Below are positions 41,360 through 51,246 of a DNA stretch of 64,000 nucleotides, piece after piece (within the stretch, counting starts at the first letter, position 1; every line of letters begins with the position of its first letter). The DNA lies in the NCBI RefSeq assembly GCF_030651995.1, contig NZ_JAUSBN010000087.1, positions 1,825 through 65,824 on the forward strand. The letters are read 5' to 3'. A program made the translations under genes and the position numbers. The notes under the pieces are model-generated. The model had not been told where the DNA came from, made no database searches, and saw nothing but the letters and a program-made list of their open reading frames with translations. The stretch is from Reyranella sp. (GTDB taxonomy: Bacteria > Pseudomonadota > Alphaproteobacteria > Reyranellales > Reyranellaceae).

Positions 41360-42682
41360 GGGCGACCAGGCCGGATCCGACGCATCCGTCGGCGTCGGCA
41401 CCTGCCGCTCGAAGCGGCCAGTGATATCGATCTGGTGCAGTGAGGCCGAACCGACGCGACCGCCCGAGCTGGGCTGCTGGCGGAAGAACATCAGCACGCG
41501 TCCGTTGGGCGCCCAGGTCGGACCTTCGACGAGGAAGCCGCTCGCCAGCATGCGTTCGCCGCTGCCGTCCGAGCGCATCACGCCGATACCGAAGCCGCCC
41601 GATCCGATCTTGGTGAAGGCGATGAAGTCGCCACGCGGCGACCAGACCGGGGTTGCGTAGCGTCCGTCACCGAAGCTGATGCGCCGCTCCCCGCCTCCGC
41701 CGGCACTCATCACGTAGAGCTGCTGGGCGCCGCCGCGGTCCGAGTTGAACACGATCTGCGATCCGTCGGCCGAGAAGCACGGCGAGGTGTCGATGGCCGG
41801 CGAGTTGGTCAGGCGGCGGAGCTGCCGGCCGCGCACGTCCATCTCGTAGATGTTGGTGCGGCCGTTCTCCGCGATGCTCATGACGACCTTGGTGCCGTCC
41901 GGCGAGAAGCGCGGCGCGAAGCTCATGCCCGGGAAGTTGCCGAGCAGCTCGCGGCGGCCGCTGTCGACGTTCTGCAGATACACCCGCGGCGGCCCGTTGT
42001 TCTCGCCATAGGCCATGTAGACGATCTCCTGCAGCGTCGGCGAGAAGCGCGGCGTGAGAGCGATGGTCTTGCCGTCGGTCAGGTAACGGTTGTTCGCGCC
42101 GTCCTGGTCCATGACGGCGATGCGCTTGGTCCGGTTGTTGCCCGGGCCGGTCTCGGAGACGTAGGCAACGCGGGTGTCGAAATAGCCCTCCTCGCCGGTC
42201 ACGCGCTTGTAGATCGCGTCGGAGATGATGTGGGCGAGGCGCCGCCAGTTGCTCGGCTGGCTGGTGAAGGACAGGCCGGTGGCCTGCTGGCTCGTGACGA
42301 CATCCCACAGCCGGAAGTCGACCTTGATGCTACCGCCGACCGAGGTGACCTGGCCGACGACGAGGCCGGCCGCGCCGACGCTGCGCCAGTCCTGGAATCG
42401 CGGCGGCGAGGTCGCGTCGACGTCCTTCTGGATGTAGGCGCTGGAAGGAATGACCCGGAACAGGCCGCAATTCTGCAGATTGTTGCGGATCACGCCCGCC
42501 ATCTGGGCGCCCACCGCGTCACCCTTGAAGTCGACGATGGCGATCGGCACCGGCTCGAAGCTCGGCCGGGTCATGTCGATTGTGAGTTGGGCGCGTGCCG
42601 TGCCTGCAACGCCGATCGTGGCGAGGGCTGCACCGCCCAGCAGGGTCGTCCGTCGGGGAAGCATCATGTCGGACCTCTTCAT
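41345..42682 (-). CDS. tolB: Tol-Pal system beta-propeller protein TolB
   Basis: PIAI.DF, H.ISD.IY...TGE.GYF.TR.AYV, and PD40 repeats (PRFSPDG, P.WSP.GD, PTWAPNG). Confidence 0.97.
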   Translation of the reverse strand: MKRSDMMLPRRTTLLGGAALATIGVAGTARAQLTIDMTRPSFEPVPIAIVDFKGDAVGAQMAGVIRNNLQNCGLFRVIPSSAYIQKDVDATSPPRFQDWRSVGAAGLVVGQVTSVGGSIKVDFRLWDVVTSQQATGLSFTSQPSNWRRLAHIISDAIYKRVTGEEGYFDTRVAYVSETGPGNNRTKRIAVMDQDGANNRYLTDGKTIALTPRFSPTLQEIVYMAYGENNGPPRVYLQNVDSGRRELLGNFPGMSFAPRFSPDGTKVVMSIAENGRTNIYEMDVRGRQLRRLTNSPAIDTSPCFSADGSQIVFNSDRGGAQQLYVMSAGGGGERRISFGDGRYATPVWSPRGDFIAFTKIGSGGFGIGVMRSDGSGERMLASGFLVEGPTWAPNGRVLMFFRQQPSSGGRVGSASLHQIDITGRFERQVPTPTDASDPAWSPLIPQ

Positions 42683-42711
42683 CTCAAGGCTTCTATTAGG
42701 GTGGAGGGGTC

Positions 42712-43668
42712 TTAGTAGTCACGTGGATCGAAATTGAAGGTGATGGTTCGCCAGCTCGTGAACTTTTCTGGCGAAAGCGGCCAGGGCTGGCAACGCGGAT
42801 TCATGATGGCGCGATGCGCGGCGTCGGCTGCGGCGCGGAAGACCGGATCGCTGTTGTAGCGCCCGGTATCGCGCAGCTCGGCCTTCACCGGCGTGCCGTT
42901 CTGGTTCATCTCGACGGTCAGCGTGATGATCATCGCCTGGTCACGCGAGCCACCCTGCGTGTTCCAGCACGGCCGGATCTTCTGGCGCACGCCCTCGATC
43001 TCGCTCGCCGTGACGACGGCGGCCAGGTTCGGCGCGGCCGGCGCCTGGCGCGTCACCTGCTGCACGGGCTTGGGGCTCTGCTCCGGCGTCTGGATTTTCT
43101 GCTGCGACTGCTTGTTCTTCAGGATGTCGTCGATCATCGAATCGACACTCTGCTTGGGCGGCGCAGGCTTCGGCGGCGGCGGCTTCGGCGGCTCGGGCTT
43201 CTTGGCCTCGGGCGTGGGCTTGGGAGGCTCCGGCGGCTTCTCGACCTTTGGCTTCTCCGGCTCCTTGGGCTTCATCGCCACCAGATCCTCGACCGGTTTG
43301 GCAGCCTCCGTCTTGGGCTTCTCCTCCGGCTTGGGCGGCGCCGGCGGCTTGGGCGGCTCGACGACCTCGGGCGGCTTCGGCGTGGGCGGCGACGGCGGCG
43401 GCTCGGCCGACTTCACCGGCGGCGCCTTGGTCGTCTCCTGGGCGATCGGCGCATCCTTGGGCTGCGGCGGCAGGTTGGCCACGGTCGGCGCGCCCGCCTT
43501 CTTGTCGATCGCCTCGAACTCGACCATCACCGGCTCGGGTTCCATCGGCGGCGGCTTGCCGAAGAAGTCGAGATTGAGCACCGCCGCCCCCAGCACGAAG
43601 ACGTGCACCATCGCCGACACGACGGCCGGTGTGCGCATCTCGATGCTGGCGGGGTGAAGGCGAGCCAT
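42712..43668 (-). CDS. tolA: TolA-like cell envelope integrity protein
   Basis: S...H TM motif, a Pro/Lys/Glu-rich linker and a TolA/TonB-like C-domain. Lies between tolR and tolB. Confidence 0.85.
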   Translation of the reverse strand: MARLHPASIEMRTPAVVSAMVHVFVLGAAVLNLDFFGKPPPMEPEPVMVEFEAIDKKAGAPTVANLPPQPKDAPIAQETTKAPPVKSAEPPPSPPTPKPPEVVEPPKPPAPPKPEEKPKTEAAKPVEDLVAMKPKEPEKPKVEKPPEPPKPTPEAKKPEPPKPPPPKPAPPKQSVDSMIDDILKNKQSQQKIQTPEQSPKPVQQVTRQAPAAPNLAAVVTASEIEGVRQKIRPCWNTQGGSRDQAMIITLTVEMNQNGTPVKAELRDTGRYNSDPVFRAAADAAHRAIMNPRCQPWPLSPEKFTSWRTITFNFDPRDY

Positions 43669-43690
43669 CGTCCTCTTCGTGTCCGTTGTT

Positions 43691-44242
43691 TCAGCGCCGG
43701 GGCGTTGGCGCCGTGGGTTGCTGCTGAGGTTGCGGAGCGGGGGGAGCGGTCTGGCCGGGCGTGGCCGGCGTGACGGTACCGCCGCCCCGTCCCAAGGCTT
43801 GCGCCTGTTCGCCCAGCAGGCCGAGCTGGCGGAAGCCGCTGTCGATCACGACGCCCATGACCTCCATCATTTTCCCGTAGTCGACGCTCTTGTCGCCCCG
43901 CATGAAGACACGCTGGTCGGGCTTCTCCTCGTGCACCGCCTTCAGCTTCGCGCCGAGTTCCGCGATGTCGTACTTGGTTTCGCCGAGGAACACCTCACCC
44001 TGCGAGTTCACCGACACCACCATCGGTTCGTCCTTGCCACCGACCTGCTGGGCGCTGGTCTTCGGCAGGTCGACCGGCACGCCGACCTGGAGCAGCGGCG
44101 CCGTCACCATGAAGATGATCAGCAACACCAGCATGACGTCGACCAGCGGCGTCACGTTGATGTCGGCGATCGGCGTGTAGCTCCGCCGCTTGAACTTGCT
44201 GCCCGACGAGTTGGCGCCGGGTGCCGGAATGACGCCCGACAT
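43691..44242 (-). CDS. tolR: TolR
   Basis: INVTPLVDVMLVLLIIFMVTAP and RGDK.VDYG..M.VM. Confidence 0.95.
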   Translation of the reverse strand: MSGVIPAPGANSSGSKFKRRSYTPIADINVTPLVDVMLVLLIIFMVTAPLLQVGVPVDLPKTSAQQVGGKDEPMVVSVNSQGEVFLGETKYDIAELGAKLKAVHEEKPDQRVFMRGDKSVDYGKMMEVMGVVIDSGFRQLGLLGEQAQALGRGGGTVTPATPGQTAPPAPQPQQQPTAPTPRR

Positions 44243-44976
44243 CAGACCTGTTCCTCGAGCTGACGCGACAGGATGGTGATGAACTCACCGGCGAACGCCT
44301 CGAGCTGCTGGGCGTAGCGCGAGACCTGGCCCGACAGGATGTTGTAGGCAGCCGCCGCGGGAATGGCCGCGACCAGACCGATCGCGGTGGCGAACAGCGC
44401 CTCGGAGATGCCGGGCGCCACGACCGCCAGCGAGGTGTTCTTCGACTGCGCGATATGGCTGAAGCTGTTCATGATGCCCCAGACGGTGCCGAACAGGCCG
44501 ACGAAGGTGGCATTGGCGCCGACCGTGGCCAGAAAGCCCAGCCGCTTCTCGATCGCCTCCATTTCGCGCTGGATGGTAACGCCCATCACCTGCTCGATGC
44601 GCTGGCGGAGTGCCGCGCGTGCCGTGGCGCTGGAGGCAAGGCCCTTGGAGACCGACCGGCGCCATTCGCGCATCGCCGCCGAGAAAATGCTCGACATCGG
44701 ATCGTCGGGCTTGGCACCGACCCGGTCGTAGAGGTCTTCCAGCGACACGCCGGACCAGAAAGTGTCCTCGAAGGTCTGGGCGCTGCGCTTCAGGGAGCGA
44801 AGTCGGAGAACCTTCTCGAATATGATCGCCCACGACCAGAACGAGGCCAGCAGGAGCAGGATCATGATGGCCTTGACCACCCAGTCGGCCTGCATGAACA
44901 GGCCGTATACGGACATGTCAATTGTCCCCGTGCCGCCGCCGAGGGGGGCTCCGGCGACCTGCGCAAACGCGTCCAT
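44242..44976 (-). CDS. tolQ: TolQ
   Basis: FVGLFGTVWGIMNSF and VVAPGISEALFATAIGL. Confidence 0.96.
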   Translation of the reverse strand: MDAFAQVAGAPLGGGTGTIDMSVYGLFMQADWVVKAIMILLLLASFWSWAIIFEKVLRLRSLKRSAQTFEDTFWSGVSLEDLYDRVGAKPDDPMSSIFSAAMREWRRSVSKGLASSATARAALRQRIEQVMGVTIQREMEAIEKRLGFLATVGANATFVGLFGTVWGIMNSFSHIAQSKNTSLAVVAPGISEALFATAIGLVAAIPAAAAYNILSGQVSRYAQQLEAFAGEFITILSRQLEEQV

Positions 44977-44993
44977 TTATGTTCTCCGTTGGT

Positions 44994-45473
44994 TCAAGAG
45001 GGTTGTATCCGAATATGGCGTGAGCGGGGCGATCCGCTCACGGCTACCTGGGCCAGGGCAGTCCGCACGAGCGGCGGCAATCGGACAGGCCGACCGCCTT
45101 CGCCCATGCAGGCGACGACGAGTTCGGCTCGAACCAGGATCTCTTCATTGCGGCGCGCATACTGAATCATGTCGAGCGACGCGCCGCGCAACTCGCCGCA
45201 GCGGGTGACGATCTCGATCGTATCGTCCAGCCGCGCAGGCTTGAGGTAGTCGATGGCACAGCGGCGCACCACCCAGTTGATGCCGCGCTCTTCGCGCAGC
45301 GCCGTGTGCTGCTGTCCCAGCAGCCGCAGCAGTTCCGTCCGCCCCCGTTCGAGGAAGCGCAACCAGTTTGCGTAGTAGACGATGCCCGCGGCATCGGTGT
45401 CCTCATAGTAGACGCGCAGCGGCAATACGTGGCTGCCGTCGTGGAGGCGGCCCGAGGTCGGCGCCGCGTTCAC
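44994..45473 (-). CDS. ybgC: Tol-Pal-associated acyl-CoA thioesterase
   Basis: [28 protein letters not shown]. Confidence 0.95.
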   Translation of the reverse strand: MNAAPTSGRLHDGSHVLPLRVYYEDTDAAGIVYYANWLRFLERGRTELLRLLGQQHTALREERGINWVVRRCAIDYLKPARLDDTIEIVTRCGELRGASLDMIQYARRNEEILVRAELVVACMGEGGRPVRLPPLVRTALAQVAVSGSPRSRHIRIQPS

Positions 45474-46528
45474 GCATCCTCCGGCGGGTCGCCCGCAGCC
45501 AGAAGGTCGAGCTGCTGCTTCTGCCCTTTGGGCATCGACAGTCCGATATGCCGATATCCGCCCTCGGACAGCACGCGGCCGCGCGGTGTGCGCATCAACA
45601 GGCCGAGCTGCATGAGATAGGGCTCGATCACGTCCTCGATGACGTCGCGCTGTTCCGCCAGCGCCGCCGCAAGCGTCTCCGCACCCACCGGCCCGCCGCC
45701 GTAATTCTCGGCGATGCAGGCGAGGTAGCGGCGATCCATGGCGTCGAGCCCTCGCCCGTCGACTTCCAGCCGCGTCAGCGCCGCATCGGCCACCCGGGCA
45801 TCGACGCCGGCGTCTCCGGCGACGGCCGCGAAGTCGCGGACCCTGCGCAGCAGTCGATTGGCGACACGCGGCGTCCCGCGTGACCTTTTGGCGATCTCCG
45901 CACTGCCATCGGGTGCGATCGTCATCTTGAGGACGCGGGCGGCCCGCTGCACGATCGTCTCGAGTTCGGCCGGCGTGTAGAACACCATGCGCAGCGGGAT
46001 GCCGAAGCGCTCCCGCAACGGCCGGGTCATGAGGCCGGATCGCGTCGTGGCGCCGACCAGGGTGAACGGCGGCAGCTCGATGCGCACGGAGCGCGCGGCA
46101 GGCCCCTCGCCGATCATCAGGTCGAGCTGGAAGTCCTCCATCGCGGGATAGAGGACCTCCTCGATTGCAGGATTGAGACGGTGGATCTCGTCGATGAACA
46201 GTACATCGTGCGGCTGTAGATTAGTGAGCTGCGCCGCGAGGTCGCCGGCCTTCTGGATCACCGGTCCAGAGGTCGCGCGAAAACCCACGCCCATCTCGCG
46301 CGCGACGATCTGCGCCATCGTCGTCTTGCCGAGGCCCGGAGGTCCATGCAGCAGGACGTGATCCAGCGCCTCGCCACGCCCCTTGGCGGCGGCGATGAAG
46401 ATCTTGAGGTTCTCGCGGACCTGCTTCTGGCCGATGAAGTCGTCGAGCGTCTGCGGGCGCAGCGCGAGTTCGGCAGCGTCTTCCTCGGAGCGCTTGCCCG
46501 TCACCAGGCGTTCGGGCGCGGTGGTCAT
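45470..46528 (-). CDS. ruvB: Holliday junction branch migration helicase RuvB
   Basis: [26 protein letters not shown] and [16 protein letters not shown]. Confidence 0.98.
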   Translation of the reverse strand: MTTAPERLVTGKRSEEDAAELALRPQTLDDFIGQKQVRENLKIFIAAAKGRGEALDHVLLHGPPGLGKTTMAQIVAREMGVGFRATSGPVIQKAGDLAAQLTNLQPHDVLFIDEIHRLNPAIEEVLYPAMEDFQLDLMIGEGPAARSVRIELPPFTLVGATTRSGLMTRPLRERFGIPLRMVFYTPAELETIVQRAARVLKMTIAPDGSAEIAKRSRGTPRVANRLLRRVRDFAAVAGDAGVDARVADAALTRLEVDGRGLDAMDRRYLACIAENYGGGPVGAETLAAALAEQRDVIEDVIEPYLMQLGLLMRTPRGRVLSEGGYRHIGLSMPKGQKQQLDLLAAGDPPEDA

Positions 46529-47139
46529 CGCGCTAGCTCCTGCAGGCCGGCACGGATCACGGCATCAAGCGGGGCTTCGGCGCCGAGCCGTTGGGTGACG
46601 CGGGCAACGGCGCCGAAGGCCTCGACGCGCTTGTAACCGAGATTGACCAGGGCGGAGACCGCATCTTCGTTAATCGATCCGGGCGTGCTCGCCGACGCAC
46701 CCGGCCCGCCTGCCGTTGCAGGCGCGGGGGCTATGCCGAATGCGGCCGCCTTGTCCTTCAATTCGGTCACGAGACGCGCGGCGAGTTTCGGCCCGACGCC
46801 GGGCGGACGGCTCAGGGTCGCGCGATCCTGCGCCGCGATCGCGCGGGCGATCTCGTCGGGCGACAGGGTCGACAGGATCGACAGCGCCACGCGGGCACCG
46901 ACCCCCTGCACGGTCGTCAGGATGCGGAACCAGTCGCGCTCCCGGGTCTCCAGGAAGCCGTAGAGTGCAATCGCATCCTCGCGGACGATGGTCTCGACCA
47001 GCATGGTTGCCGCTCCCCCGACGGAGAGGTCGCGCAAGGTGCGGGCCGAGGCCGAGACGAGATAGCCGACGCCCCCGACGTCGATGACGGCGCTGTCGGT
47101 GTCGACCGAGTCGACGAGGCCCTTGAGCTTGGCGATCAC
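46525..47139 (-). CDS. ruvA: Holliday junction protein RuvA
   Basis: MIAKLKG, DVGGVGY, VRED..LYGF, GVGPKLA and ALVNLGY. Confidence 0.97.
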   Translation of the reverse strand: MIAKLKGLVDSVDTDSAVIDVGGVGYLVSASARTLRDLSVGGAATMLVETIVREDAIALYGFLETRERDWFRILTTVQGVGARVALSILSTLSPDEIARAIAAQDRATLSRPPGVGPKLAARLVTELKDKAAAFGIAPAPATAGGPGASASTPGSINEDAVSALVNLGYKRVEAFGAVARVTQRLGAEAPLDAVIRAGLQELAR

Positions 47140-47627
47140 AGCGCGGCCTCGATGCGTCGCGCGGTGGCGCGGTGATGGGCGTGGCAGATCGCGACCGCCA
47201 GCGCATCGGCGGCGTCCTGCTTGGCATCGACGCCCGGCAGCAGCCGTCCGACCATCATGGCGATCTGGTTCTTGTCGGCGTGGCCCGACCCGACAACCGA
47301 CTTCTTCACCAGGTTCGTCGAATACTCGAAAACCGGCAGGCCAGCGCGGGCCGGCGCCAGCATGACGACGCCACGCGCCTGACCGAGCTTCAGGGTGGAA
47401 CCCGGATTGACGTTCACGAAGGTCTCCTCGACCGCGGCCTCGATCGGCCGCTGCGCTTCGATGACGCCGGCGACGCCCTCGAACAGTTCCCTCAGCCGCT
47501 CGGCGAGCGTGCCCGCCGTCGCGACCTTGACGACTCCATGCGCCACATGGCGCAGCCGGTTGCCCTCGACCTCGATCACGCCCCAGCCGGTCAACCGCAG
47601 GCCGGGATCGAGGCCGATCAGTCTCAT
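47136..47627 (-). CDS. ruvC: Crossover junction endodeoxyribonuclease RuvC
   Basis: IGLDPG..TGWG, AVEETF, LGQARG and [12 protein letters not shown]. Confidence 0.97.
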   Translation of the reverse strand: MRLIGLDPGLRLTGWGVIEVEGNRLRHVAHGVVKVATAGTLAERLRELFEGVAGVIEAQRPIEAAVEETFVNVNPGSTLKLGQARGVVMLAPARAGLPVFEYSTNLVKKSVVGSGHADKNQIAMMVGRLLPGVDAKQDAADALAVAICHAHHRATARRIEAAL

Positions 47628-47637
47628 GCTGCCCGGC

Positions 47638-48396
47638 TCAGGCCGCGAACTTCGCCAGGGCGTCGTCCGACACCTCGAAGTTGGCGTAGACGTTCTGGAC
47701 GTCGTCGTTGTCTTCCAGGGCCGCGATGAGATCGAGCAGCGTCTGCACGGTCTCTCCCTCGACCGGCGTGCCGGTCTTGGGACGCCAGGTCAGCTTGGCG
47801 ACGCTGGGCTGGCCCAGCGACTTTTCGAGCGCCTCGCGGACCAGGTTGAAACTGTCTTGCGCGCAATAGATCTCGTGAACCGCCCCCTCGCCGTCGCCGC
47901 TCACCACGTCATCGGCGCCGGCTTCGATCGCCTTTTCCAGCACCTCGTCGGCACTGCCGACGGACAGCGGGAAGCGGAACTCGCCCAAGCGGTCGAACAT
48001 GAACGACACGCTGTTGGATTCGCCCAGGTTGCCGCCGTGCTTGGAGAAGCTCGACCTGACCTCGCCCGCCGTGCGGTTGCGGTTGTTGGTCAGGGCCTCG
48101 ACGATCACGGCCACGCCGGCCGGGCCGTAGCCCTCGTAGCGCACCTCGTCGTAGTTCGCGTCCGCATCGGGCCCCGAGCCGCGCTTGATCGCGCGATCGA
48201 TCGTGTCGCGGGTCATGTTGGCGTCGCGCGCGGCGATCACGGCCGCCCGCAGCCGCGGATTAGACGCCGGATCTGCCGCACCCAACCGGGCTGCCGTCGT
48301 GATCTCGCGGATCAACTTCGTGAAGATCTTCGCCCGCACGGCGTCCTGACGCCCTTTGCGGTGCATGATGTTCTTGAACTGGGAATGCCCCGCCAT
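47638..48396 (-). CDS. yebC: YebC/PmpR family protein
   Basis: [29 protein letters not shown] and DDVQNVYAN. Confidence 0.97.
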   Translation of the reverse strand: MAGHSQFKNIMHRKGRQDAVRAKIFTKLIREITTAARLGAADPASNPRLRAAVIAARDANMTRDTIDRAIKRGSGPDADANYDEVRYEGYGPAGVAVIVEALTNNRNRTAGEVRSSFSKHGGNLGESNSVSFMFDRLGEFRFPLSVGSADEVLEKAIEAGADDVVSGDGEGAVHEIYCAQDSFNLVREALEKSLGQPSVAKLTWRPKTGTPVEGETVQTLLDLIAALEDNDDVQNVYANFEVSDDALAKFAA

Positions 48397-48489
48397 CGCC
48401 AACAACCAGATTAGGTAACAGGAAGAGGCGCCTATACCACTTCTCGTGGGTTTTGGCAGGCTGGAGACGCCCGAACCGGCCGTTGGGGC

Positions 48490-48517
48490 AAAAAAAGGCG
48501 GGGGCCGAAGCCCCCGC
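48490..48517 (-). terminator. Intrinsic terminator
   Basis: Minus strand GCGGGGGC-UUCG-GCCCCCGC, then C and seven U. Confidence 0.92.
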
Positions 48518-48597
48518 TAAATAACGTCGGAACCTTGATTCCGACGCCCCCTCTAACCTTGAAGACAGTACGCCAATCCGGCGAAAAACCTTTTAAC
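48490..48597 (-). ncRNA. Candidate small RNA (~108 nt, three hairpins); family not recognised
   Basis: Promoter-like TTGACG-17-CATCCT upstream. Hairpins at 48571-48583, 48525-48546 and 48498-48517, then poly-U. Confidence 0.55.
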
Positions 48598-48603
48598 ATC
48601 AAA

Positions 48604-48632
48604 AGGATGCCGGTTTTTCCCCAGGCCGTCAA
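48604..48632 (-). promoter_or_regulatory. Candidate sigma70 promoter for the putative sRNA
   Basis: TTGACG (48632-48627), 17 bp, CATCCT (48609-48604). Same layout as the tkt promoter. Confidence 0.5.
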
Positions 48633-48696
48633 CGACCTCTTTCAGGCACCCCTAATAGGTGTGCGGAGCGGCTACGGGATACAAGATGCGGGAATG

Positions 48697-49503
48697 TCAG
48701 GCGGCGGGAGCCAGCCGGCCCCCGACCCTGATCGGCCGGATCGACTTCGCCAGCCCGGTTTTGTCTTCGGTTTCGACAACCGCCGCGCACAAAGTGCCCT
48801 CACCTTCGGCCGGCGAGAGGCGTTCACCTGGCATTTTCCGGATGAATCGCTGCATCGCGACCTCCTTCTTCATGCCGATCACACTATCATAGTCGCCGCA
48901 CATGCCGACATCGGTCTGGTAGGCCGTGCCGCCGGGCAGCACCCACCCATCGGCCGTGGGGACATGGCTGTGGGTGCCCAGCACAGCCGACACGCGGCCG
49001 TCGCAATAGTGGCCGATCGACTGCTTCTCGCTGGTGGCCTCGCCGTGGACGTCGACCAGGATCAGGTTGGCGGTGCCACCCAGTGCATACTTCGACAGTT
49101 CGGCGTCGAGCGCGCGAAACGGATCGTCGAGTGCGTCCATGAACAGGCGGCACATCACGTTGATCACCACGATCTTCTGCCCGCGCGGGGTCTGGAACAG
49201 GTTGGCGCCCCATCCCGGCGTACCGGGCGGAAAATTGATCGGCCGCAACAGGCGCTTGTCCTGTGCGATGTAGGGAATGATCTCGCGCTGGTCCCAGGCG
49301 TGGTTGCCGGTGGTGATGCAGTCGACGCCCGCCTCGTGCAACTCGCTGCAGATCTTGGCGGTGATGCCGAAACCGGCCGCCGCATTTTCGCCGTTCACCA
49401 CGACGAAATCGAGCCCGAGTTCGCGGCGCAGCCGCGGCACTTCCCTGACGACCGCGTCGCGGCCGGCGCGACCGACGATGTCGCCGCAGAACATGATTTT
49501 CAT
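48697..49503 (-). CDS. ymdB: TIGR00282/YmdB family metallophosphoesterase
   Basis: GDIVG..GR, NGENAAAGFG, TTGNH.WD, HGEATSEK, GTHSHVPTAD and TDVGMCG. Confidence 0.95.
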   Translation of the reverse strand: MKIMFCGDIVGRAGRDAVVREVPRLRRELGLDFVVVNGENAAAGFGITAKICSELHEAGVDCITTGNHAWDQREIIPYIAQDKRLLRPINFPPGTPGWGANLFQTPRGQKIVVINVMCRLFMDALDDPFRALDAELSKYALGGTANLILVDVHGEATSEKQSIGHYCDGRVSAVLGTHSHVPTADGWVLPGGTAYQTDVGMCGDYDSVIGMKKEVAMQRFIRKMPGERLSPAEGEGTLCAAVVETEDKTGLAKSIRPIRVGGRLAPAA

Positions 49504-49506
49504 GCG

Positions 49507-50082
49507 TCAGACAAAGGCGCAAGCGCGACAGTCGGTCAACAGCCAATCGAGTCGCTGGTCGTCCGCGCCGTGCGGCACCTCCGCAACGAGCTGGCGATCG
49601 AAGCCGACGCCGATGGCCGTCACCTTGCGCCGCCGGCGCAGGTCTTCGAGCGTGCGATCGTAGAAGCCGCCGCCATAGCCCAACCGCCAGCCTTCGGCAT
49701 CGCAGGCCAGCAATGGTACCAGCAGGACGTCGGGCTCGAGCGTCTCGCAGCCGGCCGAGGGCTGCAGCGTGCCGAAAACGCCGGATTCCAGAGGGTCGCC
49801 GGGTTGCCAGGCGCGGAACGACAGCCGTTGGCCGCGGCCCTTCACGACCGGCAGGGCCAGACGGCACCCTTCTCCATTCAGGTGGGTCATCAGCGGCCGG
49901 ATATCGATCTCGTCCTTGATCGGCCAAAAGCCGGAGACGATGGCCGGCAACTCAGCGGGCTGTTCGAGCTGGTAGATTTCGAGGACCCCGGCGGCGGCAG
50001 AACGGCGATCGCGCTCGTCCAAGCCTTGCCGTCGGATCTGCATGGCGGCGCGAAGCGCCCGTTTGCGTTCGATCAGGGTCAT
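49507..50082 (-). CDS. ygfA: 5-formyltetrahydrofolate cyclo-ligase
   Basis: FWPIKDEID, LPVV, and LLVPLLA.D..G.RLGYGGGFYDRTL. Lies immediately downstream of 6S RNA. Confidence 0.95.
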   Translation of the reverse strand: MTLIERKRALRAAMQIRRQGLDERDRRSAAAGVLEIYQLEQPAELPAIVSGFWPIKDEIDIRPLMTHLNGEGCRLALPVVKGRGQRLSFRAWQPGDPLESGVFGTLQPSAGCETLEPDVLLVPLLACDAEGWRLGYGGGFYDRTLEDLRRRRKVTAIGVGFDRQLVAEVPHGADDQRLDWLLTDCRACAFV

Positions 50083-50099
50083 GCCGGCAAAAGAATCAA

Positions 50100-50267
50100 G
50101 TGGGGCGGCTCCACGATGGGCCGTGGCTCGTAGAACCTCCAAGGCCTGCGTAAGCAGGTGGGCGTCGTGTGGCCTAGACCAAGGTCAGAGCCAGGAACAA
50201 CTCCCAGGAGTTCTTATTGGCCCCGGGGTTTTAAGCGGGCCACGCACCGCGCAGAATTCCGCCCCAC
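50100..50267 (-). ncRNA. ssrS: 6S RNA
   Basis: Closing stem GTGGGGCGG/CCGCCCCAC, a long rod with an internal bubble, and the zapA-ssrS-ygfA context typical of alphaproteobacteria. Promoter 5' of it. Confidence 0.9.
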
Positions 50268-50271
50268 CACC

Positions 50272-50300
50272 AATGTAGGGACTCGGAGCACCCGTCGCAA
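50272..50300 (-). promoter_or_regulatory. Candidate sigma70 promoter of 6S RNA
   Basis: TTGCGA-17 bp-TACATT puts the TSS at about 50265-50266, matching the 5' end of the closing stem. Confidence 0.65.
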
Positions 50301-50357
50301 TGAGAGGGCCCCATACGACCACAAATCCCGCGCGTCGCGCGGAATGTCAGGATCCGC

Positions 50358-50690
50358 CTACGCGGCTCCTGACACCTTCTTCGACATCTTGTCGACGCGG
50401 GCGGTGATCAGCTCCTCGAGCGCCGTGGCCAGGGTATCCGCGCTGTCCGTCGCCGTGACGCGCGCATTCTCCGCGGCCTTGGCGACACCGCGCGCCTCGC
50501 GGCTTTCCTCCGCCAGCAGCAGCGAGGCGAACACCAGAAGCTTGAATTCCGGCGTGCCGGGGAGCTGGCGGCGGAGGTCGCTCACCTTGCCGTCGACGTA
50601 GGCGGCCAGTTCCTGGACGCGCGCTTCCTCGCCTTCGCCACAAGCGAGTTCATAGGTACGACCGGCGATCTGAACCGAAACCTGCGGCAT
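50358..50690 (-). CDS. zapA: Cell division protein ZapA
   Basis: V.VQIAGRTY.LAC..GEE..V..LA.YVD and LLVFASLLLA.E. Confidence 0.92.
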   Translation of the reverse strand: MPQVSVQIAGRTYELACGEGEEARVQELAAYVDGKVSDLRRQLPGTPEFKLLVFASLLLAEESREARGVAKAAENARVTATDSADTLATALEELITARVDKMSKKVSGAA

Positions 50691-50797
50691 TTTCCGCTTC
50701 TCCTGTTTTATTGCGCCTTGTTCGGCGTCTGAGGGGTGGTGAAGTGTGCCACGTCGCATCCGGCGACGCACGCCGGGGGCTGGGGAAAGAAGATCCG

Positions 50798-51031
50798 TCA
50801 GGACTGGTCGGCCGCCAGCAGGGAGCGGATGTATTCCATCGCGCGCTCGAGGCGGCTTTCGACCTCGGTCGCTACCCGCTTCAGCTCTTCGTGCTCGCTT
50901 TCGACCTTCGCGAGGCGGGCGGCGAGCTCGTCGGAACGCTCCCGCTCGACGCGCAGACGCTCGTCGACCATCGCCTCGAGCCGGCTCAGCGCGCTGTCGA
51001 CTCGGTCCGTTACGCTGGCTGCCTTGGACAT
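50798..51031 (-). CDS. Small coiled-coil protein upstream of zapA (ZauP/DUF4164-like)
   Basis: 77-aa heptad-rich helix. Position matches the alphaproteobacterial ZapA partner. Confidence 0.75.
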   Translation of the reverse strand: MSKAASVTDRVDSALSRLEAMVDERLRVERERSDELAARLAKVESEHEELKRVATEVESRLERAMEYIRSLLAADQS

Positions 51032-51180
51032 TATTCCCCCGACAGCGGATCGCCGTTGGTCACCCGGCTGAATCTGCTCCATCGAGCGAGATTAAGTGGT
51101 GTGCCTGTGAGCGGTCAACATCTGGTCCCTGTGGAGGGCATACGCCCGCAAGATGTTGGCTTTGCCCGAGTTTTTGCGCA

Positions 51181-51209
51181 TTGACGGGCAAAGGGGTGGT
51201 CGTCATGTT
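51181..51209 (+). promoter_or_regulatory. Candidate sigma70 promoter of tkt-gap
   Basis: TTGACG-17 bp-CATGTT, 37 bp upstream of the tkt ATG. Confidence 0.55.
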
Positions 51210-51246
51210 GCGCGCCATCCGAAAACCCATACGGCACAAGCATAAA

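Noticed and set aside
42712-43668. Repetitive GGC/CTT-rich DNA as a tandem repeat array
   Set aside because: It is the Pro/Lys/Glu-rich TolA linker, ordinary low-complexity coding sequence.
48432-48632. 66-aa ORF in the ymdB-yebC gap
   Set aside because: TTG start coincides with the predicted -35, there is no RBS, codon bias is poor, and it reads through a strong terminator.
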